Of a stretch of DNA of 64,000 nucleotides, positions 63,210 to 64,000 are shown piece by piece. The notes under the pieces were generated by a model. The model was not told where the DNA came from. It saw nothing but the letters and a program-made list of their open reading frames with translations, and made no database searches. Numbering within the stretch: position 1 is the first letter of the stretch; each line of letters opens with the position of its first letter. A program made the translations under genes and the position numbers. The DNA lies in the NCBI GenBank assembly GCA_013265495.1, contig MU058198.1, positions 1,376,419-1,440,418 on the forward strand, written 5' to 3'. The DNA comes from Vicugna vicugna (Eukaryota).

Positions 63210-64000
63210 GTAAAAGAGTTGATTCACCTCTATTTCGTAATTTGTTGGCAGTCTAGCACATACTGTGAAACAGTAGTTCACTGAAAGAGAATTACCCAAA
63301 TGATTCATTCCATAACTATGCAAGTCAGATAGAGACCCATTACTAAATATGCACATCAGATAGAATATGCTAATCAGAAAGAACTGCTATAGAATAAGAC
63401 TGAAAAATATATACTATAAATAATTTGAATCCTTTCCTTGGAGTGATGGGGCAATAGTGTGGATGCCAACAACCCAGACTCCCATCAGGATAGGGTGCCA
63501 GACATCAGCTAGATAGGATCCGGTCTGGAAACCAACGTGGTCCCTGGTGTAGCTCAAGAGGATAGACCGGCATCAAATATCAGGAGTGGGAGCAAGGTCA
63601 GAGACAGGAACTAAGTAACCAAAAGCAGGCGGGGCCGGTCAGTAAGGAAGGGACTCAGGACAGGAGCTATGAATAAGACAGGAGTCCTGAAAGCTCACTC
63701 CTGCTGGGGCTGATCGCGTGGTAGTTTAGGTTTAAAAGTTCCATGCCATCCTTCAGGTCACATTTGCCAGGCAGGGCCTCCAGGTAGTGAGAGCAGGGAA
63801 CAGATTCAGTGATTATTAAAGTTTGTCCTGTTGCTCTGAATTCCACCAGGAGGGCTTCGTGAGCCTTAGCTCCTCCGGCACCTCTCCTCTACTATCAGTC
63901 ATCCTTAGTTTTATCCAGCTAGACAGGTGCTTACTTGGTAGCTAAGCCTTTGGGAACGGAGTTAGCTTGATAGTCACCTGACATCCCAGAGTATAACACA

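Overview
Mammalian (probably camelid, judged from repeated tRNA-derived Vic-1-like SINEs) ACSM gene-cluster segment. It contains the last 7 coding exons of ACSM4 (+), the complete THUMPD1 CDS (-, 4 exons, CpG-island promoter) and 11 coding exons of ACSM3 (+, runs off the window). The ~32 kb THUMPD1-ACSM3 interval is densely packed with L1 pieces and at least seven solo LTRs, most with target-site duplications. It also holds a ~7.5 kb, young (LTRs ~99% identical) but lesioned endogenous retrovirus at 27782-35293. The provirus has a tRNA-Lys3 PBS and betaretroviral gag/dUTPase-pro/pol with an intact SRV-1-type frameshift pseudoknot. Its env looks chimeric: a JSRV/Rec/Rem-like Arg-rich leader is fused to a gamma-type SU/TM (CWVC, ISD, CX6CC) resembling HERV-R(b)/PABL-B. 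A 721-nt assembly gap hides the 5' part of gag. Family names of repeats and comparisons with known proteins are from memory, not from database searches.
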